A stretch of DNA of 35,663 nt, from contig SKLK01000186.1 in NCBI GenBank assembly GCA_007123265.1, positions 1-35,663 on the forward strand. The letters are read 5' to 3'. This document shows, piece after piece, positions 17,769-25,587 of this stretch; positions within the stretch are counted from its first letter, which is position 1, and every line of letters begins with the position of its first letter. The position numbers and the translations under genes were made by a program. The notes under the pieces are model-generated. The model was given only the letters and a program-made list of their open reading frames with translations, was not told the origin of the DNA and searched no databases. This DNA comes from Kiritimatiellia bacterium. GTDB taxonomy: Bacteria > Verrucomicrobiota > Kiritimatiellia > SLAD01.

Positions 17769-18580
17769 ACCACCTCCTGCCAGAGCCGTCGCAGGTAGAC
17801 ACCCGCCATAAACAGTCGATAATCCCGTGTACAACGCACATCATCGATCGGATTGATCGCAGCCGACAGGGCCTCCTGCACGCTCGCCAGCGGTTCATCG
17901 GCAGCGAATTCACCGACATAGACCGGTGTCGGCGCCGCGGAACTGACGGCCACTCGAACGCGATCGCGTTGACGCCACAAAGCGACGCCGACGATGCCGA
18001 GGTCGTGACCTTGAATACGCTTCAACTTCTTATAGCCACCTTGACCATCGGCCGTTTCTGCGGGTACTAGAATACGGCTTACCAATTCACCTGGACGCAG
18101 AACAGTTTGCTTGGCTGCCACGAAGAATTCGCGGCATGAAACCTGACGCGCGCCATCCGCGGATTGGATTTCGATGGCGGCATCGAGGCATAGTAGCGGC
18201 GGGGCCAGATCAGCGCAGGGCGAGGCATTGACAATATTGCCGACCACCGTGGCCCGGTTCCGCACTTGATGCGAAGCCAGTTGATGGGCGCATTGCACCA
18301 GCAACGGATAATGCGCCTGCACCGCGTCATTTTCCATCAAGGCATTCACGGTCACCGCCGCACCAATCGACAGACCGGTTTCCGGCGTATAGGTGAGTGT
18401 ATCGATACCGGGCACCGCCTTAATATCGATCACATGCGTCGGCGCCATCAGGCCGGCACGGATGTTCACAAGCAGATCGGTACCCCCGGCCAATATACGG
18501 GCGTCGGCGCCAAGCTCAGCCAGCCCTGCCACTGCGTCCTGGAAGGACGATGCCAACCGGTATTGGAACACGTGGTTCAT
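17765..18580 (-). CDS. FAD-binding medium subunit of the Mo hydroxylase (CoxM/XdhB-like)
   Basis: ARILAGGTDLLVNIRAG and the ATVGGN-type motif (here ATVVGNIVNASP) are present. It is 271 aa and the first gene of the operon. Confidence 0.85.
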   Translation of the reverse strand: MNHVFQYRLASSFQDAVAGLAELGADARILAGGTDLLVNIRAGLMAPTHVIDIKAVPGIDTLTYTPETGLSIGAAVTVNALMENDAVQAHYPLLVQCAHQLASHQVRNRATVVGNIVNASPCADLAPPLLCLDAAIEIQSADGARQVSCREFFVAAKQTVLRPGELVSRILVPAETADGQGGYKKLKRIQGHDLGIVGVALWRQRDRVRVAVSSAAPTPVYVGEFAADEPLASVQEALSAAINPIDDVRCTRDYRLFMAGVYLRRLWQEVV

Positions 18581-18688
18581 ATTCCCCGCCTATCTCCGCT
18601 GATCCCACACCACCGCCAACACGACCAGGATCAATGTGGTGCGTGTTGGCCATCGTCGACTATAGCAAACGAACACAATTGATCTACG

Positions 18689-18736
18689 AAAAAAAGGGGT
18701 CAGCAAAAACGGGCGGGAAATTTAATTGGCTGACCC
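18689..18736 (-). terminator. Probable intrinsic terminator of the HEAT-repeat gene
   Basis: On the minus strand GGGTCAGC...GCTGACCC (18736-18729 / 18704-18697) is followed by a run of 7 T (complement of 18689-18695), 17 nt after the stop at 18753. The loop is large at 24 nt. Confidence 0.4.
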
Positions 18737-18752
18737 TTTTGATGATTTCTTG

Positions 18753-20600
18753 TCAAGGTTGCGAGGAAAGAGCTTCTTTCAGGCGGTGTAATGGCCAAGG
18801 CAGTGATCGGGGCAGAACGTGGCGACGCCCCGCCAGGTCACGGATAATATCTTGTGCAATCATTTCAGCGGCCGAAGGCAAAAGATGGCTTCGAATTTCT
18901 GTGCCGGAGGTACGCTTGAAATATCCCCTTCTTGATTGCGCGTAACGATAACGCTTAATTTGAGGACCACTTTCTATCACGAGGGTGATACGCAAACTGA
19001 CTTTAGCAGGGCGGCTAGGGTTGGCTTTGCCCAAGCCGAGCGCATTTTCAACCCGGGACCGAACTGTGTCCCAGTATCGGGTCTCAATCTCAACCGAACC
19101 TTCAAGACGAATGGCACCCTCCGCTTGCTTCGGCCCAACGAGCTTATACCCAGCGGCAATCAACGCGTCACTCAATGTGTCCAGAAAAGGCCCCTCCTGC
19201 GTTGCATGCATCATTTCAACATGTTGGTTGCCGCGCATATCGTCTTTCAAAGAAATATCGAAGGGCTGAAGCAATATACGCGGTCGATCGCGCAGCACCT
19301 GCTCCGCCCGCTCCCTATGCAAAAGAAGGCGATCGGGCACATTGTCGACTTCATTCGCCTCCACCAAAGCCAGCAATGCGGCGGCGACTCGATAACGAAC
19401 GACTGCTTGTGGATGCTCCAGTGCGCGGGCGATTTTTTCCGCCCCCGCAGCGCCAAGCCTCGTCAACGCCTCCGTGGCCGCATGATTCACCTCCGCGTCC
19501 CGGCTGGAAATCAAAACAGCAAAAAGCGCTTCGCACGCGCTCGGGTCACCAATCTTAGCCAAGGCCTCCGCTGCCAAGACCTGAACAGGTCCCCTGTCCC
19601 GACGAAGTATGGTCTGCATCGTTTTAACCGATGCCGGATCCCCACGATCGCCCAGCGCCCGAATCGATTCCTTTCGAGCTTCGGTGGCCCGCCATCGTCG
19701 GCGCGCCACTTGCTCCAAGTGCAGACGAGCCGCTGGATCGGTGATACGGCCAAGCGCAGCGGTTATCGCACCGAGCTCGCTGGTGAAGTCATCCTCCAGC
19801 ATTCCTTGCCGCGCAATCAAGGGTTCAATGGCACGCGGATCATCTAGTTCCGCTAATGCCGCAGCCGCCTCAATCCGGACACGCAACAGATCGTTATCGT
19901 CATCTTCAATGAGTTTGATAAGGGGGGGCACGGCGCGGGCATCACCAAGCCGCCCCAAGGCCTCGGCAGCCGCTTCGGCCGTTGCGCTGGCGCTGGCCCG
20001 TGTCTCGCTGGCTCCCATAAACCGCGTCGCCGATAAGGCACGGATCAGTGGCTCGACGGCATTGGAGGCGCCCGAGTTGCCCAGCGCCACGGCCGCCGCT
20101 CTGCGCGTTAGGTCCACCCCACCCCAACGGTCGTCTGGCAAGCGGAGAATGCGTATAAGCAAGGCCAGCACCCGTTCCTCGTATTCGTCGGCTATCGCCA
20201 ATTGTTCCAATGCCCAAAAATCTTGCGTGGACACCTGCCCGCGCAGCCGGACAATCCGTTGCAGCAACACGACCGGCTCCTCGACAGGCTGCCGCTCCTC
20301 CACTGCCGCCGTGGGAACCACATCCGATTCGAGCTCCCCGTTTACCGCCTCGACCGGCTCGGGTTCCGGTGCGCGTCCTGTTCGCTCTATGACGGTGACA
20401 TGTCCCTGCTCGAACGTGATGATTTTACCGGGATAAATCCACAAGGCACGGTCACCCATACGCATCTGGCCGCTTGGACTTCCGTACTGCTGCCGGATCG
20501 CCTCCTGATCAAGTCCGGTCAAATCGGCTGCGTTCTCCGCCAGACCCACAAGCGGGAATGCGATAGAGAAAAGACCCGCCACAATTTGGAACTTGCTCAT
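18753..20600 (-). CDS. Secreted HEAT-repeat (PBS-lyase-like) protein with unrecognised N- and C-terminal domains
   Basis: Start was chosen at MSKFQIVAGLFSIAFPLVGLAENA (signal peptide). Repeated ..ALG.LGD.RAV.PLI..L.D.. units occur, for example EALGRLGDARAVPPLIKLIEDDD, ALAELDDPRAIEPLI, ALGDRGDPASV and ALAKIGDPSACEAL. Confidence 0.7.
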   Translation of the reverse strand: MSKFQIVAGLFSIAFPLVGLAENAADLTGLDQEAIRQQYGSPSGQMRMGDRALWIYPGKIITFEQGHVTVIERTGRAPEPEPVEAVNGELESDVVPTAAVEERQPVEEPVVLLQRIVRLRGQVSTQDFWALEQLAIADEYEERVLALLIRILRLPDDRWGGVDLTRRAAAVALGNSGASNAVEPLIRALSATRFMGASETRASASATAEAAAEALGRLGDARAVPPLIKLIEDDDNDLLRVRIEAAAALAELDDPRAIEPLIARQGMLEDDFTSELGAITAALGRITDPAARLHLEQVARRRWRATEARKESIRALGDRGDPASVKTMQTILRRDRGPVQVLAAEALAKIGDPSACEALFAVLISSRDAEVNHAATEALTRLGAAGAEKIARALEHPQAVVRYRVAAALLALVEANEVDNVPDRLLLHRERAEQVLRDRPRILLQPFDISLKDDMRGNQHVEMMHATQEGPFLDTLSDALIAAGYKLVGPKQAEGAIRLEGSVEIETRYWDTVRSRVENALGLGKANPSRPAKVSLRITLVIESGPQIKRYRYAQSRRGYFKRTSGTEIRSHLLPSAAEMIAQDIIRDLAGRRHVLPRSLPWPLHRLKEALSSQP

Positions 20601-20811
20601 GGTCACGGACCGGGGTTCGCAGTCTATACTCGGGCTATGCATTGAGTATGGCCCGCGCGCCCCTCGCACGCAAGATTCTTGTCTACATTGCGCACTGGCG
20701 TGCAGATACACCGGTGTTTTGTTAAAATCGCAATGCGTGCTGAAAATCAAGCGGGATCACTCTGCCAGATCCGATATATCTGCGAAGAGCTATGGAAACT
20801 ATTTAATCCCC

Positions 20812-22764
20812 CTATTTAACCACGGCGCCGGTAGACAGGTTGCCGTCGACGGTGATCAAGCGCAGGCTTTCCCCCTTCGAGGCGGCCAATAACATGCCCT
20901 CCGATTTGATCCCGCGAATGGTTGCGGGTTTGAGGTTCGTGACCACGACAACGGTTTTGTCCAACAATTCTTCGGGGGTGTAATACAACGCAATCCCTGC
21001 GACCAATTGGCGGCGTTCGTCGCCGATGCGTACGTCGACCTTCAACAGCTTGTTGGTGCCTTCGATTCGCTCCGCCGCGACCACGCGGGCGGTTCGCAAT
21101 TGGACCTGCGCGAAGTATTCATAATCAATCACACCCGGCACCACCACGGGCGGTACGGCGGGAGCGGGGGTAGATGGTTGAGGGGTCGGTTCAGACATGG
21201 GTAACTCCTGTTCAATGGATGAAACTAAAGGTTTAATACGGGGAAACAGCACGCCGGGGTCGGCTACCGGCGCGCCGGCTTGCAGGACGCCGAATTGCGC
21301 CAAGCGCTGCATGTGCGGTTCGACCTGGTCCACCCCCAACGCCTCGCGCAACGCCGTCATGCGCTCGGGCATGACCGGAAACAGCAACGCGGAAATCACG
21401 CGCAAGGCTTCAGCGGCGGTGTACAGGACCGTATGCAGCGGCGCACGGTCCTCCTGTTTAGCCAAGGTCCACGGCTGCTTCAATTCCAAGTAGCGGTTGG
21501 TCGCACGCACGGCGGCCAACACCGACGCCAAGCCAGTGTCCAAGCGCAGCGTGTCAACCGACTGGTGGATGGCCTGCACCGCTTCTTGCACCGATGCCCA
21601 TACCGACGCCTCTTCTTCACCGGTCAAGGGATCTCCATCGACCGCAGGAATAACGCCGTCGGTGTTCTTACGGATCATCTTCGCGACGCGACTGAGCAGG
21701 TTGCCGAGGTCATTGGCGAGATCGGCATTGAACCGGCGGACAAAGGCTTCCTCGCTGAAACTGGCATCCTGCCCCAGGGTCATTTCGGCGATCAGAAAGT
21801 ATCGGAACGCGTCCACGCCGTAGCGATCGATCATCTCCATGGGATTGACGACGTTGCCAACGGATTTGCTCATCTTGCTCGCGCCGCTTAACCACCAGCC
21901 ATGGGCAAACACGGTTTGAGGCTGAGCGACGCCCATGGCTTTCAACATGGTAGGCCAGTACACCGTATGCGTGGTGAGGATGTCTTTGCCAATCAGATGG
22001 ATGGACGCCGGCCACCATTGATTAAACTTGGCCTCGTCACGCAGATACCCGACAGCGCTAATGTAATTGACCAAGGCATCAAACCACACATACGTCACAA
22101 ATTGATCGTCGAAGGGCAGCTCGATGCCCCAGCTCAACCGCGTCTTGGGCCGTGAGATGCAGAGGTCCATCAGCGGCTTGCGCAGAAAACCCAAGGTTTC
22201 GTTGCGCCGAAAATCGGGCTGGATGAACGAGGGATTTGCCTCAATATATTGGATCAACCACTCTTGGTAGCGGCTCATGCGGAAGAAGTAGTTGGCCTCT
22301 TTGATCCGGGTGAGGTTGGGATTGCTTTCACCGCCAGCCTCCTCGGCCTCACGTTCGGTGACAAAGGTTTCGCTGGAAACGTCATACCAGCCGTCGTATT
22401 CGGCCCGGTAGATTTCGTCCCGGGCATAGAGATCGGACAAGATATCCTGCACGACCTTTACATGGCGCGTTTCGGTGGTGCGGATAAAGTCGTCATGGGT
22501 AATATCCAGTTTGTCCCACAGCTCCTGAAACCGGACCACGGTCTGATCCGCCTGCTGTTGCGGGGTCATCCCGGCTTTATCCGCCGCCTGTTGCACCTTT
22601 TGTCCATGTTCATCGGTGCCGGTGAGAAAATAGGTGGGATGATCGAGCAATCGATGATAGCGGGCCAACACATCGGCCAGAATGGTTGTATAGGCGTGTC
22701 CGATATGCGGCCGATCATTTACATAATAGATCGGCGTTGTGATGTAAAAGGGGTTCGTTGACAT
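20812..22764 (-). CDS. metG: Methionine--tRNA ligase with a C-terminal tRNA-binding (Trbp111/EMAPII-like) domain
   Basis: Start is MSTNPFYITTPIYYVNDRPHIGHAYT (HIGH motif). KMSKSVGN is present. The C-terminal LRTARVVAAERIEGTNKLLKVDVRIG...VVVVTNLKP resembles the tRNA-binding domain. The 105-codon extension to 23079 runs through repeats and was rejected. Confidence 0.95.
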   Translation of the reverse strand: MSTNPFYITTPIYYVNDRPHIGHAYTTILADVLARYHRLLDHPTYFLTGTDEHGQKVQQAADKAGMTPQQQADQTVVRFQELWDKLDITHDDFIRTTETRHVKVVQDILSDLYARDEIYRAEYDGWYDVSSETFVTEREAEEAGGESNPNLTRIKEANYFFRMSRYQEWLIQYIEANPSFIQPDFRRNETLGFLRKPLMDLCISRPKTRLSWGIELPFDDQFVTYVWFDALVNYISAVGYLRDEAKFNQWWPASIHLIGKDILTTHTVYWPTMLKAMGVAQPQTVFAHGWWLSGASKMSKSVGNVVNPMEMIDRYGVDAFRYFLIAEMTLGQDASFSEEAFVRRFNADLANDLGNLLSRVAKMIRKNTDGVIPAVDGDPLTGEEEASVWASVQEAVQAIHQSVDTLRLDTGLASVLAAVRATNRYLELKQPWTLAKQEDRAPLHTVLYTAAEALRVISALLFPVMPERMTALREALGVDQVEPHMQRLAQFGVLQAGAPVADPGVLFPRIKPLVSSIEQELPMSEPTPQPSTPAPAVPPVVVPGVIDYEYFAQVQLRTARVVAAERIEGTNKLLKVDVRIGDERRQLVAGIALYYTPEELLDKTVVVVTNLKPATIRGIKSEGMLLAASKGESLRLITVDGNLSTGAVVK

Positions 22765-22843
22765 CTTTTCTTCCTGTGTGGCGTGAGCATAGTATGCCAC
22801 TCCGCAAAAGCAAAGGAAATCACCGACTGACCGGTCCCCACGC

Positions 22844-23122
22844 CCAGGGTCAATACGTTCTCCGCGCCACCTCTCTTTTGGAGAACCACTTGCACACAGT
22901 TTCCACCAATTTGGAGGGGCGAGCTCTGCGAGCCCGGAGGCCACACAGGACCTTCCATTTGCCGATGCCCAATCGCGGCGTCGCGGAGCTCCGCCCTCCA
23001 AGAGAACCACGTGCACACGGATTCCACCCATTTGGAGGGGCGAGCTCTGCGAGCCCGGAGGCCACACAGGACGTTCCATTTACCGATGCACAATCGCGGC
23101 GTCGCGGAGCTCCGCCCTCCAA
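22844..23122. repeat. Two tandem copies (period 121 nt) of a structured GC-rich repeat plus a shared ~37-nt leader, upstream of metG
   Basis: Unit 1 is about 22881-23001 and unit 2 about 23002-23122, nearly identical. Each carries the arms TTGGAGGGGCGAGCTC (e.g. 22911-22926) and GAGCTCCGCCCTCCAA (22986-23001), complementary at 14 of 16 positions. Each also has the 12-nt palindrome GCGGAGCTCCGC. A third copy lies at 35319-35474. Confidence 0.85.
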
Positions 23123-23185
23123 ATTGGGTACAAATCGTTAATTATAAATTCCTTGCGGAGAACTGAATGGCCCTGTCCCCGCGCC

Positions 23186-24547
23186 TCAGCGCGATGACTG
23201 CGGATGATGCCCGGCTGGGCGGATGTCCAGCGCCTTTAATCCCAGCAACACGTCCACCGCGCGTCGCAAGGTCGCATCGCCACGGATCCGGTTATACATC
23301 GCCACCTGGGCCCGCTCCTCTTCCAGCACCACCGTGCGTCCGGACCGGATGGATCGCGCAGGCGTACGTTCGTCGGCCGCGACACGCACATCGGGCGAGA
23401 CGCCGGTGCGCCCGGTATACATGGTTCCCTGCGCCGTCACCAGCCGACTGGCGGCCAGCATCCACTTTTGATCCGCATCCACCTGCACCGGCTCACGCAG
23501 CAGGAAATCACCGCGCGAGGTGCGTCCGAACAGCATGGCGCCGCGCACACTATCCTTTAAGATCGCCGCCAACACTTCGGCCGCGCCTCCGGTCTCCTCA
23601 TCCAGCAGGACCATGACCGGCATGCCCAAATAATAATCGTGTTGCGCATAGACGAGCTCGATATCTTGATCCAAGGCGTCGCGCAAGGCGTACAACAGGG
23701 TGCCCTCTTGGGCGAACCAGTCGGCTATTTGCTGGACCTCCTTTAGCGCTTCGCCATCGGCGCCCCGCAAATCCAACACCAATCCGTACAGCCCCCCCTT
23801 TGCCCACGTCGAAAGTTGATCCACCACGCGGCTACCGATCCCGTCGCGCAGGCGCTGAATGCGGAGATAGCCCAAGTCGAAGGGAAGTTTCTCCGCCGGC
23901 TTCAGATCCGGCAGCGTGTGGGCCACGCGCTCCAGTCGTTGGGTCGTGAGCATGCGCCCGTCATTGAAGCGGCGGGTGACCACTTCGACCACGCCCGGGC
24001 CATCGCTGACCAGCATGTTTTCAATCTGATGCAGGCCCAGCGCAGTCACGTCCTGAGCCGCTACACGTACTAACTCGTGGCCCACCCAATCAGGGACTTC
24101 CTCGGGTTCCGGGTCCGGATAAGCCGCTACGATGCGTACCGACTCATTGGTTAATCCGATATCGAAAGGCGCACGATAGACGGTGCCGGCGCGGCGCTGC
24201 GCCACCGCCTCGCGGGTGGCCTCTGTTAACGGTGTAGCCAGCGGGTCCATGGCCTGCAATACGGCGGTCAACGCCGCCTCATACGCCGTCCCGGCCTCAA
24301 TGGCAAAGCCCTGACGCTCCAATTGCTCAATCGCAGCCCCCAAATCGGCCGCCCACGCCGGCACAACCGACTTTTGCTCCACTGCCATTGGCGGCGCGAC
24401 TTCGTCGGCTCGCGCACAGGCGGTAGTTCCCCACCACCCCAACACCGCCGCCACAAGCAGCAGGCGGGCACCAGACGTAAGCTCTTCGTTGTTCATGTGG
24501 TTCCTCAATCTCTTATGCATTCGGTTCAGGCTTGCGCGCCCGCTCAT
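23186..24547 (-). CDS. S41 (C-terminal processing peptidase)-like protein, probably catalytically inactive
   Basis: The S41-like layout is LGYLRIQRL...GLVLDLRGADGE...MPVMVLLDEETGGAAEVLAAILKD...LFGRTSRGD. At the canonical positions G(S/T)ASASE and TFGKG, the Ser nucleophile aligns to Gly and the Lys to Arg (alignment by eye). The ATG at 24547 overlaps the DUF1573 gene stop as ATGA. Internal starts at 24520 or 24496 are possible. Confidence 0.6.
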   Translation of the reverse strand: MSGRASLNRMHKRLRNHMNNEELTSGARLLLVAAVLGWWGTTACARADEVAPPMAVEQKSVVPAWAADLGAAIEQLERQGFAIEAGTAYEAALTAVLQAMDPLATPLTEATREAVAQRRAGTVYRAPFDIGLTNESVRIVAAYPDPEPEEVPDWVGHELVRVAAQDVTALGLHQIENMLVSDGPGVVEVVTRRFNDGRMLTTQRLERVAHTLPDLKPAEKLPFDLGYLRIQRLRDGIGSRVVDQLSTWAKGGLYGLVLDLRGADGEALKEVQQIADWFAQEGTLLYALRDALDQDIELVYAQHDYYLGMPVMVLLDEETGGAAEVLAAILKDSVRGAMLFGRTSRGDFLLREPVQVDADQKWMLAASRLVTAQGTMYTGRTGVSPDVRVAADERTPARSIRSGRTVVLEEERAQVAMYNRIRGDATLRRAVDVLLGLKALDIRPAGHHPQSSR

Positions 24548-25533
24548 GTGCCCGGCTCCAGCACCTGAAACGGCACTTGTATTTCCGGCATTCCGTCGAT
24601 ATCCGTGCGAATGATCAGCGGTGTGCTCGCTAATGACGGGTCAGCGACGAGATTGGACAATTGAATCCGGTACCCGCGTTGCGGGATCGCCAGCACATTG
24701 ACCCGGACGGAATCCGATGGCGGGATCACTTCGGTAATTTCAAATGATTCGACGGCACCGCCACGAACCACGACATAGCGGGTAACCGGGCTGGGATTTT
24801 TTCCCATCAACGTGATCGTTGTCGGCGCCACCGTCAGCGCCCCGACGACATTCACATGAACCGGCACGTGCACGACTGGGAACCGTTCGTGCGACGTGCT
24901 CACGCGCAACACATCCTGTCGCGTCCCGGCTTGTGACGCAGGGCGAACCTTCACCGCCAACCGGTAGTGATGCGGCGCCAACTCCTGAATGCCCTCCAAT
25001 GAGAAGACATCGCTGCTAAACGCCGTATCGGTAATCTCAAAATCCTGACCGGGCAACCCTTGGATCTCGACCTCCCGGGTCGCTGATTGGCCCATGACCA
25101 CTTGATCAAAAAACAACCGCTGGGGCACCACCTGCATATGCCGCACCGCCTCACCCATCATCGTTAAACGGGTACGCGGCATGCGTGGGTCGTTGGTTTC
25201 AATGGTCAGATTGCTGCGTTGCCGGCCTTGGCGCCCGCGCAGGTTGTAGGTGGCCGTTATTTCCGCTGTTCCGCCCGGCTCGATTTCATGGGTGGACACA
25301 TGTCCCACCGTGCAGCCACAGGACGAACGGATATTCTCGATGCGCAATAGGGCGTCCCCTTCATTGTGGAGTACAAAGGTATGATCGATGGATTGATCAT
25401 TTGATTGAGGCCCGAAATCGAACACCGGTTCGGGCACCACCAGGCGGGGCTGCGGGGCGGCATGAACGGGCACACCTAGACCGGTTGCCAATACCACTCC
25501 GATTGCGGCTATGTATCGTATCGAATTCTTCAT
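24544..25533 (-). CDS. DUF1573 domain protein (secreted, multiple beta-sandwich repeats)
   Basis: The signal peptide is MKNSIRYIAAIGVVLATGLGVPVHA. FDFGPQSNDQSIDHTFVLHNEGDALLRIENIRSSCGCTV matches the DUF1573 hallmark (..F.F.N.G...L.I..V..SCGCT). Confidence 0.8.
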   Translation of the reverse strand: MKNSIRYIAAIGVVLATGLGVPVHAAPQPRLVVPEPVFDFGPQSNDQSIDHTFVLHNEGDALLRIENIRSSCGCTVGHVSTHEIEPGGTAEITATYNLRGRQGRQRSNLTIETNDPRMPRTRLTMMGEAVRHMQVVPQRLFFDQVVMGQSATREVEIQGLPGQDFEITDTAFSSDVFSLEGIQELAPHHYRLAVKVRPASQAGTRQDVLRVSTSHERFPVVHVPVHVNVVGALTVAPTTITLMGKNPSPVTRYVVVRGGAVESFEITEVIPPSDSVRVNVLAIPQRGYRIQLSNLVADPSLASTPLIIRTDIDGMPEIQVPFQVLEPGT

Positions 25534-25587
25534 TCTTCACCTCATGTCAGCGATTCAGCAGTGCGCCTCTGCGGTTGGCGCACCGAC

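Noticed and set aside
18581-18690. Possible Moco riboswitch or other leader upstream of the Mo-hydroxylase operon.
   Set aside because: Only about 110 nt are available between the upstream terminator and the start codon, and I recognised no conserved Moco-motif features.
8457-20436. Many long ORFs lie antisense to or overlap the annotated genes. Examples are 8457-9221 +, 10197-10961 +, 11116-11880 +, 12313-12984 +, 14975-16075 +, 16556-17395 +, 18936-19847 + and 19609-20436 +.
   Set aside because: These are shadow ORFs typical of high-GC DNA. Their translations are Arg/Pro/Gly/Ala-rich and low-complexity with no recognisable motifs. Each lies opposite a gene with strong family motifs.
20601-20811. 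A tRNA-like T-arm impression (CCGGGGTTCGCAGTC) in the spacer between metG and the HEAT-repeat gene.
   Set aside because: There is no complementary stem after the loop, and no acceptor or anticodon arms can be drawn. It is not a tRNA.
22844-23122. Possible CRISPR array, because of direct repeats.
   Set aside because: There are only two directly abutting 121-nt units with no unique spacers. The unit is far longer than CRISPR repeats, and no cas genes are in the window.
22719-23141. ORFs over the 121-nt repeats (22719-23093 -, 22850-23122 -, 22758-23141 +, and 35296-35652 - at the other copy), and the N-terminal extension of the metG ORF to 23079.
   Set aside because: The peptides (…WPPGSQSSPLQ…, …LEGGAPRRRD…) are just the translated repeats. 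The metG family N-terminus starts at MSTNPFYITTPIYY (22764).
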